Source: Thermoplasmatota archaeon
GTDB taxonomy: Archaea > Thermoplasmatota > Penumbrarchaeia > Penumbrarchaeales > Penumbrarchaeaceae
Assembly (NCBI GenBank): GCA_029762535.1
Contig: JARVGK010000022.1
Coordinates: 1-51,914, forward strand
Length of the DNA: 51,914 nt
Reading direction: 5' to 3'
The stretch's first letter is position 1; the number at the start of each line of letters is the position of its first letter. Position numbers and translations under genes: made by a program. The notes beneath the pieces are model-generated. The model saw only the letters and a program-made list of their open reading frames with translations, searched no databases and had not been told where the DNA came from. This document shows positions 17,262 to 27,130 of this stretch, piece after piece.

Positions 17262-17410
17262 TCGCTCAGATATGATCACGAACGTTTGAGATGCTATCTT
17301 TCATCACTTCGGGCTTTGGACCAATCCGGGATATTCGCCTTGCTGGGGCGCTTGACATCACAGCGGGTTATTGCATAAACCGTTTATAATAGGGAACATT
17401 ACACGTCGCG

Positions 17411-18223
17411 ATGATAGAAAGAGGAGATATCCAAAACATGGTCGTCATGGGAAAGTCCGGGGCCGGAAAGCAGCCCCGGATCGATGTACTGGTAAAGGAG
17501 TTCGGCCTTGTCCAGCTCTCGACCGGGAACATCTTCAGGGAATACGTAGGGGCATTCGATCGTTCCGGGTTCAAGGGGGATCTCGAACGGTTCTACGATG
17601 CCGAGCGTGACACCTTCGTTCCGGACGATGTCATCATTGGCGCGATAAGGGAGCAGCTCGGGAACGTCGATGACGCACGGTCCGTGATGCTGGGGCTCAA
17701 GGCGAAGTACTTCATGAACTCCGGAAGGTTCGTTCCCAACAGTTCCACGAACGAGCTGTTCGCGGAATATTTCTCCAAGGGGGACTACAAGGGATTCGTC
17801 CTTGACGGTTATCCGAGGACACCGGACCAATCCAGCTTTCTTCTGGATCTGTGCGCCGATAAGGGAACGAAGGTTGACCTGGTCCTTCTGGTCGAGAACG
17901 AGGACGAGCTCATAATCGAGAGGACGATGGGCAGAAGGATCTGCAAAAAATGCGGCAAGGTCTATCACGTCAAATTCAAGCCTTCAAAGGATGGGATGAA
18001 CTGTGATATATGCAATATCCCGCTCATTCAGCGGGCGGATGATACCGAGGAGAAGATAAGGACTCGGCTTGCGGAATACTACGACAAGGCCGTACCGGCC
18101 CTCGCCGTCCTTGAGAAGGCGGGAATACCCGTCGCTCGCGTCCCAGGAAACCTTCCGGTGTTCACGGACGAGGCGGTCAGAGAGTCCGTGATGATCGCGA
18201 TCTCTCCTTATCTGAAAGGATAG
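17411..18223 (+). CDS. adk: Adenylate kinase family protein (long Zn-LID type)
   Basis: P-loop GKSGAGK, LSTGNIFR, LDGYPRT, LID CKKC...CDIC, QRADD...RL. Confidence 0.85.
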   Translation: MIERGDIQNMVVMGKSGAGKQPRIDVLVKEFGLVQLSTGNIFREYVGAFDRSGFKGDLERFYDAERDTFVPDDVIIGAIREQLGNVDDARSVMLGLKAKYFMNSGRFVPNSSTNELFAEYFSKGDYKGFVLDGYPRTPDQSSFLLDLCADKGTKVDLVLLVENEDELIIERTMGRRICKKCGKVYHVKFKPSKDGMNCDICNIPLIQRADDTEEKIRTRLAEYYDKAVPALAVLEKAGIPVARVPGNLPVFTDEAVRESVMIAISPYLKG

Positions 18224-19038
18224 GACCGGACAAGGTCCAGAAGGTTCGGGTAAACGGGCGTATCCACGTCGCCCGGTTGATCCCCATCCCCTGTGAGGAC
18301 AAGGGCCACGTGCGTGCCGCACTTGGAACCGGATGCGATATCGGTATCCATCCGATCCCCGATCATTATTATCTCGGAAGGTTCCAGGCCGAGCTCCTCG
18401 ATGGCCATCCTGGTAGAGAACTCATGCGGCTTTCCAACGATGATAGGCTCGACGCCCGTGCACGTTCTGAGCGCGCAGATGATCGTCCCGGCTCCGGGGA
18501 TGGCCCCGCCCTCCTTCCAAGGAAGGGTCGGGTCCTCGTTGGTCGCCACGAAGAGCGCTCCCTTCCTTATGTGATGCATGGCATCGGCGAGCTTGGCGTA
18601 GGTCACGTGGCGGTCGAGACCGGCGACCACGGCGTACACATCGATGTCCTGTATGGGGAATGACAGTTTGGCTGAATTGGAGGATGTGGCATGGGTTCTT
18701 TCGAAGTTTTCCCCTCCGCATGGATGGACATCATGACCGTCCCTTCTCAGCTCCTCTATCAATCCCCGCTCCCCGAGGACAAGGCATCGGGACCTCCCAT
18801 TCGTTCCAAGGAGATATCTGGATGCCGCGATGGCCGAACTGATGACCGGTGCCAGGGGATAACCCATTCCCAGAAGCCTTTCGTGGAACATCTCTCTGGT
18901 CATCGTGGAGTTATTGGAAAGATACAGTATCTTCAACCCTGCATCCTGCATGGTGTTGACGGCCTCGACAGAGCCTGGGATGGGCTCGGATCCCCTCCAT
19001 AGCACCCCGTCAAGGTCGAGTATCGCCCCTCTGATCAT
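18208..19038 (-). CDS. HAD-IIA (NagD-like) phosphatase
   Basis: DLDGVLW, LSNNS, ATNED, GKP, MIGDRMDTDI. Start placed at the ATG at 19038, which forms an ATGA overlap with the upstream stop. Confidence 0.9.
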   Translation of the reverse strand: MIRGAILDLDGVLWRGSEPIPGSVEAVNTMQDAGLKILYLSNNSTMTREMFHERLLGMGYPLAPVISSAIAASRYLLGTNGRSRCLVLGERGLIEELRRDGHDVHPCGGENFERTHATSSNSAKLSFPIQDIDVYAVVAGLDRHVTYAKLADAMHHIRKGALFVATNEDPTLPWKEGGAIPGAGTIICALRTCTGVEPIIVGKPHEFSTRMAIEELGLEPSEIIMIGDRMDTDIASGSKCGTHVALVLTGDGDQPGDVDTPVYPNLLDLVRSYPFR

Positions 19039-19721
19039 CCCCCCCACTCCCTTATTAGCTCGTATGCCGTTCCTATGTTCTCTACGATGGCATCGGGGTA
19101 CGCCTCGTTGCCGTATCTTATCCTATCTTCCATTATCCTTTCGATCTGCCTCTTACCCCTGCCGGTCGTGACCAGGATCGACCGGCATCCCGCCCTGTGG
19201 CCGGCCATGATGTCCTTGAGATGATCTCCTATCATGAAGGAGGATGGAATGTCCACGTCGTGTTCGAGGGCCGCCCGGAGGAGCATACCAGGCCCCGGCT
19301 TCCTGTCGATGCTTTCGGCGATGTATGGTTCGATCACGCCCTCGTCATGGTACGGACAGTAATAATAAGCATCCCATGGGGGGCCATCGTCGCCCAGTAG
19401 GTCCCAAAGCCTCCTTGTGAAGGAGAGCATGTCCTCCTCCGTGAAGGAGCCGAGAGCTATCCCGCCCTGATTTGTGACCACAAGCCTCAGAAGCCCCATG
19501 GAGTCGAAACCATTTAGCGCCTTGCGGGCGCCATGGATGATGTTCATCGAGGAAGGGCCCCTCCTGTCCTGATCGTCGGTGCATAGGACGCCGTCGCGGT
19601 CTATGAAGACGGCCTTGTTGGACCCCCTGGCGTGAGGAGCCGCCCTGGGCGTGGATGGTCTGGAAGGCATTTGAACTCGAAGCGCTCGCATTTCTGATGC
19701 TTTCAGCTCGATCCCCTGCAT
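19035..19721 (-). CDS. HAD-IIIA phosphatase, GmhB/histidinol-phosphatase family
   Basis: FIDRDGV, VTNQGGI, YYCPYH, RKPGPGM, MIGD. Exact start uncertain. Confidence 0.85.
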   Translation of the reverse strand: MQGIELKASEMRALRVQMPSRPSTPRAAPHARGSNKAVFIDRDGVLCTDDQDRRGPSSMNIIHGARKALNGFDSMGLLRLVVTNQGGIALGSFTEEDMLSFTRRLWDLLGDDGPPWDAYYYCPYHDEGVIEPYIAESIDRKPGPGMLLRAALEHDVDIPSSFMIGDHLKDIMAGHRAGCRSILVTTGRGKRQIERIMEDRIRYGNEAYPDAIVENIGTAYELIREWGG

Positions 19722-19722
19722 C

Positions 19723-20601
19723 CTACAGGACCGTCCTGTGAGGTGATCTCGAGGAGGCCTGCTTGGAAGGATCGAACAGAATGCTCCCTCCCTCGGGCAG
19801 CAGGGTTACGATGTATGAGCGCGTGAAGGCCTCGTTGTCCTCCAATTTGAACACGTTGTCGGTAAAGAGACCCGTTGTCGAGAAGAACACGATCCCTCCG
19901 CCGTTATCTCCGAGCTGATACTCCACCGCTATGGGGCCGAAGGGTTTGTAAAGGTCCGAGAGCTCCTGGACGTAGTTGCGGTTGAGGTCCACGACAGTGA
20001 GCTGTTTGGTCGTCTTGAGTACGACGTTGCCGCTGCCTGTATGGTTCAGGCCCATGGGATCGTGGGTGATAACGTTCAGGATCCTGCCGTTTATGTTCGC
20101 CTGGGTCTTGACGAATGACCTGTTTCCCTGAAATCCGGTGTCGCTCTCTCCCTGCATGGCCTGGACGATGTACGGATGTCCCAGGAATTCCACCTCACCG
20201 TTCCCCGTGGACTTGGGGATAAGGCCAAGGTCGTTGGCCAGGGTCCCGTCGTCGGCAACGAGAACCTTTCCGCCCGAATGGATGAAATCCCTGATGGTGA
20301 AGAACTCGCTGGAGTTTAGCGGTTTTTCTATTCCTATAAGCATATAGAGGGTCTTCGAGGGGTCATCGGTAGTGGACAGGGTCATCGGGGAGGAGACCTC
20401 GTAATACTTGATGGTGGAGAAATCGTTCACCGTTCTCTTGAAGCCTTTGAGATCGCTCCAGGGGCCGCTCTCTATGCGCTCCTTCTCCTTTGGTTCCCCC
20501 CGCGGACCCCAGACAATGAGGCCGATCATGAAAAGCATGGCCACGACGATGAAGGCCGCTACGACTATCCTTCCCTTTCTTTCGGTCGATATGGGGCTCA
20601 C
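19723..20601 (-). CDS. Membrane-anchored DUF4350-like protein
   Basis: N-terminal TM helix; GGKVLVADDG motif shared with the DUF4350 protein at 45968-47083. Confidence 0.6.
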   Translation of the reverse strand: MSPISTERKGRIVVAAFIVVAMLFMIGLIVWGPRGEPKEKERIESGPWSDLKGFKRTVNDFSTIKYYEVSSPMTLSTTDDPSKTLYMLIGIEKPLNSSEFFTIRDFIHSGGKVLVADDGTLANDLGLIPKSTGNGEVEFLGHPYIVQAMQGESDTGFQGNRSFVKTQANINGRILNVITHDPMGLNHTGSGNVVLKTTKQLTVVDLNRNYVQELSDLYKPFGPIAVEYQLGDNGGGIVFFSTTGLFTDNVFKLEDNEAFTRSYIVTLLPEGGSILFDPSKQASSRSPHRTVL

Positions 20602-20771
20602 GCTCGAACAAAAGGCGTGGCGTATTTCTAATTTACGCCTTCATGCATCAAATTCATTCTCCCCATGATACCTCTTCACCCATTACGGTAAAGAGGGGGA
20701 TCCGAATATCGATCATCGTTCAATGGACAATAAGATATACAGACTCGGCGATAACCGTCCAAGGTGTATTG

Positions 20772-22001
20772 TTGAAACTCTGCATGATATCATCGGAGTA
20801 TCCGCCCAAGTGGGGCGGCGTGGGAGTGGTAACATACTATCTGGCCACATGGATGGCGAAGCTCGGTCATGAGGTCCATGTTGTGACGAGGAAACAAAAC
20901 ATAGGTTACGAGCCGTCCCATGAGAACATACACATCCATCCAGTACCCTGGCTCAAGCTCCCGCTTTTGTTTACCACTTCCTTCGGAAAGAACGCCGTGA
21001 GATGGTACAGGGATTCGGGCATGGATTTCGACCTGGTGCACGTCCACTCCAACATGGCCCTGATACCCGAGAGATATTACGACATATTCAGATGCCCGGT
21101 CGTCACCACGATGCACGGGACGTGGTGGGGTGAGAGATCGACGATATCGTTGAAGGACCTCACCCCATCGATCTCCACCGTTAACGATCTCGCGATCCTC
21201 TATCTCGGCCCCCTGATGGACAGGTACGAAGATCTGGCCCTTAAAAGGTCGAACGCTGTTGTGATAGAGTCGCTCACCGAGTGCAGGGATATAAAGAGAA
21301 GAGGGGTGAAGAACCGATACGGCAGGTGGATAAGGCTTCCTCCGGGAATAGATACGAATGAGTTCCATCCATCGAAGAACGATGAACAGCTCAGAGAGAA
21401 GGCCCTCGGCGGATCGGATGGAAAACTCATCGTATCCGTGGGTAGGTGGGCGGCGAGAAAGGGCATAAGGGAGGTCCTCGGGGTCTTCGAAAAAATATGG
21501 GAGAGCAGGAAGGACGTCGTTCTCGCCCTGGTCGGATGGGGTCCTCTCGAAGGTGAGATAGAACGGAGGATCAAAAAGAGCGGTCTCGGAGGCTCTATAA
21601 GGACGTATAGGTCCATGCCCTCAGGGGAAATGCAGTCCCTGGTGGCCTCCGCCGACCTGGCGCTCTTCCACAGCTACTGGGAGGGTTTCGGATTGACGGT
21701 AGGGGAGGCATTATCCTCGGGGACACCTGTATCGGCGACCGCCGTCGGGGGCGCACCGGAGATGGTCCCGGAATCCTGCGGTAGGCTCGTCAGGGTAGGC
21801 GACGTGAGATCACAGGCCAGGGATGTCCTCGCGCTTCTGAAAAGGGATGATCTCCGTGAGATGGGTTTGAAGGGCAGGGAGCATATCGAGTCGTTCTGTT
21901 CCTGGGACCTGGTCGCGAAGCGGACGCAGTCCCTTTATGAATGGGTCCTTGAGGATCCCGAGAACGAGGGCACCTGGAGAGACGGTTTCGAACATTGCTA
22001 G
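20772..22001 (+). CDS. Glycosyltransferase family 4
   Basis: SEYPPKWGG, GHEVHV, HVHS, TMHG, PPGID, VGR..RKG, EGFGLTVGEALSSGTPV. Probable TTG start at 20772 after AAGGTG; the ORF track starts at 20643. Confidence 0.92.
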   Translation: MKLCMISSEYPPKWGGVGVVTYYLATWMAKLGHEVHVVTRKQNIGYEPSHENIHIHPVPWLKLPLLFTTSFGKNAVRWYRDSGMDFDLVHVHSNMALIPERYYDIFRCPVVTTMHGTWWGERSTISLKDLTPSISTVNDLAILYLGPLMDRYEDLALKRSNAVVIESLTECRDIKRRGVKNRYGRWIRLPPGIDTNEFHPSKNDEQLREKALGGSDGKLIVSVGRWAARKGIREVLGVFEKIWESRKDVVLALVGWGPLEGEIERRIKKSGLGGSIRTYRSMPSGEMQSLVASADLALFHSYWEGFGLTVGEALSSGTPVSATAVGGAPEMVPESCGRLVRVGDVRSQARDVLALLKRDDLREMGLKGREHIESFCSWDLVAKRTQSLYEWVLEDPENEGTWRDGFEHC

Positions 22002-22071
22002 CAAATGATGCTGATCCGTCTCGATCAAAATCGCCGATAGTTGCATATCCATCGAGGGCGGTCGTGGTCCG

Positions 22072-24849
22072 TTGCCCAAGGAATCACACGACAGCGAAGG
22101 ATACCATGCCCTTGATGTGGATGAGGTAATGCGCCGGTTGGGAACCTCGCTGAAAGGACTAGATCAGAAGACCGCAGAAAGAAGATTGACCCGGGATGGG
22201 CCGAACGAGATCCCCAAGGTGAAGAGGTCATTCCTTCGCAGCATGGCCCCCCAGATATTCGATTTCGTCATCCTTCTTCTCATCTGTATCGCCCTGATAA
22301 TGGCTTTCCTGACATGGCTCTTCCCGGAGAACGAATCCACCTCGTTCGAGACATCGATCGCGATCGTTTTCGTTATCCTTCTAAGCTGGATCCTGATAAT
22401 AATCCAGATGTACTCGGCCGAGAGGTCCCTCGAATCGCTGAGGAGGATAAGCGTGGGAAAGGCGAATGTCCTGAGGGATGGAAGATGGGTCCAGGTACCG
22501 CGGGTAAAACTCGTGATAGGCGATATTGTCAGGATAACCGAGGGAGATAGGTTACCCGCGGACATGAGGATGATAACGAGCGAGGGTCTCATGGTGGACG
22601 AATCCTCGCTCACAGGAGAGTCGATCACCGTCGAAAAGGACCCTGAACCTGTTGGATCGCCCGTTCCGTCCCTTCATGAGATGACGAGCATGGCGTTCAT
22701 GTCAACGGTCGTGACCCGCGGAACGGCAGAGGGTGTGGTCACCGGCGTTGGCGTTGGAACCGAACTTGGAAAGATCGCGAACGAGATCAGGGACGCACCC
22801 GAGCCTCAGATCCCCCTGCAGAAGAAGATGAGCCAGCTTGCCAGGACACTGTCGATGATCCTTTTCGTCCTGATATTCCTTCTCTTCATTATCCAGATCC
22901 TCAGGCTTTGGATGCGAGGCGACCTCGCACCGGAAACCGCTGTGGAGCAGTTGGTGAACGCGGTGATACTGAGCGTGGTCGCCGTGCCCTGGAGCTTTCC
23001 GATCATCACCACGTCCGTCATGGTAAGGGGAATGATGTATCTCGTGAAGGAGAACGCCATAGTTAGGAGGGTCGCATCCATAGAGGCATTGGGGAGGGTC
23101 AGTGTCATATGTTCCGATAAGACCGGGACGATGACCGAGAACGCAATGACCGTTAGGAAGATCTATCAGGATGATAAGACCTTCGACGTGACGGGATCCG
23201 GATACGAACCAAAGGGTTCCGTGACGCTGAATGGGTCGGAGATCGATGTAGGGAAGGACCATTTCCTCAGCTTGATGCTCGAAGCGGCGTGTCTAGTCAA
23301 TGACGCCAGGTTGATAGAAGAGGGGAAAAAATGGCACATCCTGGGGGATCCCACGGAGGGAGCACTCAAGACACTGGGAATGAAGGCAGGTCTGGGCAGG
23401 GAACTCGGGGATCATAGTTCGATCCGGGAGGTGTCCTTCTCTTCCGATCGAAAGATGATGACCAAGGTGTTCCCAAAGGGCAAGAACCACGTCGCCTATG
23501 TCAAGGGCGGGTTCGAAGCCATCGTAGGGTCCTGCGATCGTATGCTCCATAACGGTGAGGTCGTGGAGATGGACAAGGGTCTCCTGAAAAAGGCCATGGA
23601 GGCGAATGACAAGATCAGCTCAGATGCCATGCGGACATTGGCATTCGCTTACAGGGATATAGAAGGTCCTCTCGATGAAATGTCCGATGCCGACCTCGAG
23701 AGCCATTTGACCTTCCTTGGCCTTGTAGGGATGGTCGATCCGCCAAAAAAGGGTGTTAAGGATGCCGTTATGAAGTGCCACGCCGCGGGGATTAAGGTCG
23801 TGATGATCACGGGGGACAGCAAGGTCACCGCCGCCTCCATAGCAAGGGAGCTGGGAGTTCTAAGGAATGGTGACCTGATAATCGAGGGCTCTCAGATGCC
23901 GATAGACCCGAAAATGCTCGGGGACGTGAAGGTCTTTTGCAGGGTCAACCCCAAACAGAAGGTGGATATCGTAAAGGCATACAGGAAAAGCGGCCACATA
24001 ATCGCCATGACCGGGGACGGAACGAACGATGCCGCGGCACTGAAGAACGCGGATGTCGGAGTGGCGATGGGGCTGAACGGGGTGGACGTGGCGAAGGAGG
24101 CCTCGCAGATAATACTCGCCGATGACAATTTCTCGACCCTGGTCACGGCGGTCCATCGGGGCAGGCAGATATTCGACAATATCAGAAAGAGCATAACCTA
24201 CCAGATATACACCAATATCGGTGAGCTGAGCGTGATGTTCTTCGGGTCGCTTATATTCTTGGAGCAGATGATGACCGATAAACATCTCCTGTTCCTTTAT
24301 TTCTCCACCCACATATTCCCGGTGGCGGCCCTTGTTCTGGACAGAACATCGGCGAGCGTCATGAAGGAGCCCCCCCGTGATGTTAAGGAAGGCATAGTGT
24401 CAAGCAAGGTCCTGGGATCGCTTGCGGTAATGATCCTCACGATGGCCATGATCTCCCTTTCGCTCTTTTTTCTACTCAACAGGGGGATCGTGGATATTGG
24501 GATAGAAGGGGATGTCATCGGCACGGTCCAGACCATGATACTTGTGTTCATGGTTTGGGCAGAGAGCTTCAATCTCTTCAACAGCCTTTCCCTGAGGGGA
24601 TCGCTGATCAGGCAGATCAAAGAGAAGAACATCCTCCTTCCGATCCTGCTGACGATGGTCCCGATAGCGGCGCTCACGTCACTGATGTATTTCGGAAATT
24701 GGGGCCAAGGTTTGGACCTTGTCCGTTTGACCCCGCTCCAGTACTCGATATCGGTATTGTCCGGTTCCTTGATCATACCGATCGTCGAGTTCTGGAAGAT
24801 ATACCTGCGTTTCTTGTGGAGAAGAAAATATCAAACATTGCGGTCCTGA
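22072..24849 (+). CDS. P-type cation-transporting ATPase (P2/Ca2+-type)
   Basis: DESSLTGES, CSDKTGT, GDPTE, DPPK, MITGD, MTGDGTND, multiple TM helices. Confidence 0.95.
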   Translation: MPKESHDSEGYHALDVDEVMRRLGTSLKGLDQKTAERRLTRDGPNEIPKVKRSFLRSMAPQIFDFVILLLICIALIMAFLTWLFPENESTSFETSIAIVFVILLSWILIIIQMYSAERSLESLRRISVGKANVLRDGRWVQVPRVKLVIGDIVRITEGDRLPADMRMITSEGLMVDESSLTGESITVEKDPEPVGSPVPSLHEMTSMAFMSTVVTRGTAEGVVTGVGVGTELGKIANEIRDAPEPQIPLQKKMSQLARTLSMILFVLIFLLFIIQILRLWMRGDLAPETAVEQLVNAVILSVVAVPWSFPIITTSVMVRGMMYLVKENAIVRRVASIEALGRVSVICSDKTGTMTENAMTVRKIYQDDKTFDVTGSGYEPKGSVTLNGSEIDVGKDHFLSLMLEAACLVNDARLIEEGKKWHILGDPTEGALKTLGMKAGLGRELGDHSSIREVSFSSDRKMMTKVFPKGKNHVAYVKGGFEAIVGSCDRMLHNGEVVEMDKGLLKKAMEANDKISSDAMRTLAFAYRDIEGPLDEMSDADLESHLTFLGLVGMVDPPKKGVKDAVMKCHAAGIKVVMITGDSKVTAASIARELGVLRNGDLIIEGSQMPIDPKMLGDVKVFCRVNPKQKVDIVKAYRKSGHIIAMTGDGTNDAAALKNADVGVAMGLNGVDVAKEASQIILADDNFSTLVTAVHRGRQIFDNIRKSITYQIYTNIGELSVMFFGSLIFLEQMMTDKHLLFLYFSTHIFPVAALVLDRTSASVMKEPPRDVKEGIVSSKVLGSLAVMILTMAMISLSLFFLLNRGIVDIGIEGDVIGTVQTMILVFMVWAESFNLFNSLSLRGSLIRQIKEKNILLPILLTMVPIAALTSLMYFGNWGQGLDLVRLTPLQYSISVLSGSLIIPIVEFWKIYLRFLWRRKYQTLRS

Positions 24850-24886
24850 ACGACATGAATAAATATACACTGTATGTTCCCAATAC

Positions 24887-26125
24887 ATGAAGGACACCCT
24901 GCATAATATCATAACGGGCCTTCTTCATCGATGGGAGGGATCCACTCCATACAAGCTGTTCGAGACGGATCTCGCCAGAAAGACACGTTTCACTAAGATA
25001 TTCCAGTTCTTCTTTCCTGCCTTGTTATTCGTATCGTTCATGGTCCTCACCGTCTCCATGCTCTACTTTCAGAAGGGTTGGGATGTGTCAAAGGAACTCC
25101 TGTCCGGTTGGATATTCTATCTCCTGCCCCCGCTTGGAAAGGAGATAATCATACCGACGCGTGTAGCATCAGGGGTTCCATCATATTACATCGGTTTCGC
25201 GACCTTCTGGGTGGACCTGTGCGTATGCCTCTTCCTGACCTGGAACTACGATTGGGTCAAGAGGATACCGTGGGTAGGAAAGGCAATGCTAAGGACGGAG
25301 CAGAAGGGACGGGACAGGGTCAAGAGCTCCAGATGGTTTCGAAGGGCTGTGTTCCTGATGGTCACATCGGTCGTTTTCATACCTTTACAGGGTTCCGGCG
25401 GCGTGGGAGGGACGCTCCTGGGAAGGGTGGTGGGACTTCATCCTTATCTCGTTGTTCTCGCGGTCGGCCTCGGTTCACTATTGGGATCATACGCGTATGG
25501 GGCGTTTTCCGAAGCGATGGTCGGAGTGATGGAGGAATCCACGGTCTTTATTTTCATAAGTGAGGTCAACATCCTCCAGATCCTCGCGGTAGGGATCGCG
25601 GTGGGTTTGCTCATCTATGTTATCAGGAACCCGAGAAAGGCCACGGAAGACACGGGAAGACTTCTGTCGAACGCCCTGGACGCTGCCGGCAAGGGGATCC
25701 TTCTGATCGGTGACAGTGGGGAAGAGGCGACGCATCTGACCTTCAGGGGCGTGAGGGATACATTGACCCTCCTGGACAAGGTAGGTGATAGAGTGGACGA
25801 CATCAACCTGGAGTTGGTGACCATGCCGATCGGATTAATGGGACCATCTGGCAGGGAGATTGCACTGAACGCGAAGGTGCTGGGAAAGAAGAGGCTCAGG
25901 TATGCCAAGGACCTCACCGGCAGGTTCATCGAAGCCGGTTTGGCCCTCAGCGAGAGGGCAGCATCCCTAACGATGAGGAAGGCAGGGGAGTACGGCAAGG
26001 GAGGGGTGGATATCGCCAAGAACGGTGTGGGCAACGCCACGAACGTCCTGATAAAATCAGCCGACAGGTTGGGTGCAAAGAGGAAGGAACCCGACGCCGG
26101 AAATGGAACGAGAGTAGAGGAATAG
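24887..26125 (+). CDS. Membrane protein, putative small multidrug export protein family, with soluble C-terminal tail
   Basis: PPLGKEIIIP, WNYD, IPLQGSGGVGG motifs and several TM helices. Confidence 0.6.
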   Translation: MKDTLHNIITGLLHRWEGSTPYKLFETDLARKTRFTKIFQFFFPALLFVSFMVLTVSMLYFQKGWDVSKELLSGWIFYLLPPLGKEIIIPTRVASGVPSYYIGFATFWVDLCVCLFLTWNYDWVKRIPWVGKAMLRTEQKGRDRVKSSRWFRRAVFLMVTSVVFIPLQGSGGVGGTLLGRVVGLHPYLVVLAVGLGSLLGSYAYGAFSEAMVGVMEESTVFIFISEVNILQILAVGIAVGLLIYVIRNPRKATEDTGRLLSNALDAAGKGILLIGDSGEEATHLTFRGVRDTLTLLDKVGDRVDDINLELVTMPIGLMGPSGREIALNAKVLGKKRLRYAKDLTGRFIEAGLALSERAASLTMRKAGEYGKGGVDIAKNGVGNATNVLIKSADRLGAKRKEPDAGNGTRVEE

Positions 26126-26166
26126 CCCCGACAAAGATATAATAACGATCAGGCCTTGGAGCGATC

Positions 26167-27120
26167 ATGGGCGCGAAAAGGATACTCGTTACCGGAGGGG
26201 CGGGCTTCATAGGAAGCCATCTGGTCGACGCTCTGATCTCAAGGGGCAACGATGTGATAGTGTACGACAACCTCTCATCGGGCAGGTTGGAGTTCATATC
26301 TCATGTCATGGATCGTATAGAATTCCTGGAGAGGGATCTTGTCCTGGACAATGATCTTGAGGAAGCGGTAAAGGACGCTGATCACGTGTATCATGTGGCC
26401 GCGAACCCGGATGTCAGGATAGGGGAGGCCGACACGTGGACATCGGTGGAACAGAACATCATGGCAACCTACAACCTTCTCGAGGCGATCAGGAAGTGTA
26501 GAAGGAATGATCCTCCCGGGTTCACGTTCACATCGACATCCACCGTTTACGGTAATGCTACGATCATGCCAACACCCGAAGATTACGGGCCTTTGATGCC
26601 CATATCACAGTATGGCGCCTCGAAGCTCGCTGCGGAAGCCCTAATATCCGCGTTCTCGGACAATTTCGGGATCAAGGCAACGGTCTTCAGGTTCGCGAAC
26701 GTCGTAGGATCGAGGTCCACCCACGGCATACTCGTGGATTTCATCAGGAAACTGAGGGAGGGCCCCAAAAGGCTCGAGATATTGGGGGACGGGACACAGC
26801 GTAAGTCCTACATACACGTGAGCGATTGCGTTGAAGGTATGATCCATGCCACAGAATCCCAGAGGCCCTCCTTCGAATTCTATAATCTGGGAACAGATGA
26901 TAGCGTCAACGTGGACGGTATAGCCGATATCGTTCTCGAGGGAATGGGTCTCCAGGGAGCTTCCAAGGTATTCACCGGGGGCCATAAGGGTGCTGGATGG
27001 AAGGGCGATGTGAAGTTCATGTCCCTTTCCGTAGATAAGATGAGGTCAACCGGATGGACATACAAGATGAATTCCGAGAAGAGCCTCAGGACGGCCCTGA
27101 AGGAGCTTCTGGAAAATTGA
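26167..27120 (+). CDS. NAD-dependent epimerase/dehydratase (UDP-glucose 4-epimerase-like)
   Basis: TGGAGFIGSHL, STSTVYG, YGASK, RFANVVG. Confidence 0.93.
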   Translation: MGAKRILVTGGAGFIGSHLVDALISRGNDVIVYDNLSSGRLEFISHVMDRIEFLERDLVLDNDLEEAVKDADHVYHVAANPDVRIGEADTWTSVEQNIMATYNLLEAIRKCRRNDPPGFTFTSTSTVYGNATIMPTPEDYGPLMPISQYGASKLAAEALISAFSDNFGIKATVFRFANVVGSRSTHGILVDFIRKLREGPKRLEILGDGTQRKSYIHVSDCVEGMIHATESQRPSFEFYNLGTDDSVNVDGIADIVLEGMGLQGASKVFTGGHKGAGWKGDVKFMSLSVDKMRSTGWTYKMNSEKSLRTALKELLEN

Positions 27121-27130
27121 AGTGTGCCCC

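Noticed and set aside
18208-27120. GT4, HAD phosphatases, epimerase and exporter as tailoring genes for a PKS-derived glycolipid
   Set aside because: Mixed orientations, separated from the locus by adk, and all are common housekeeping families; no support without synteny data.
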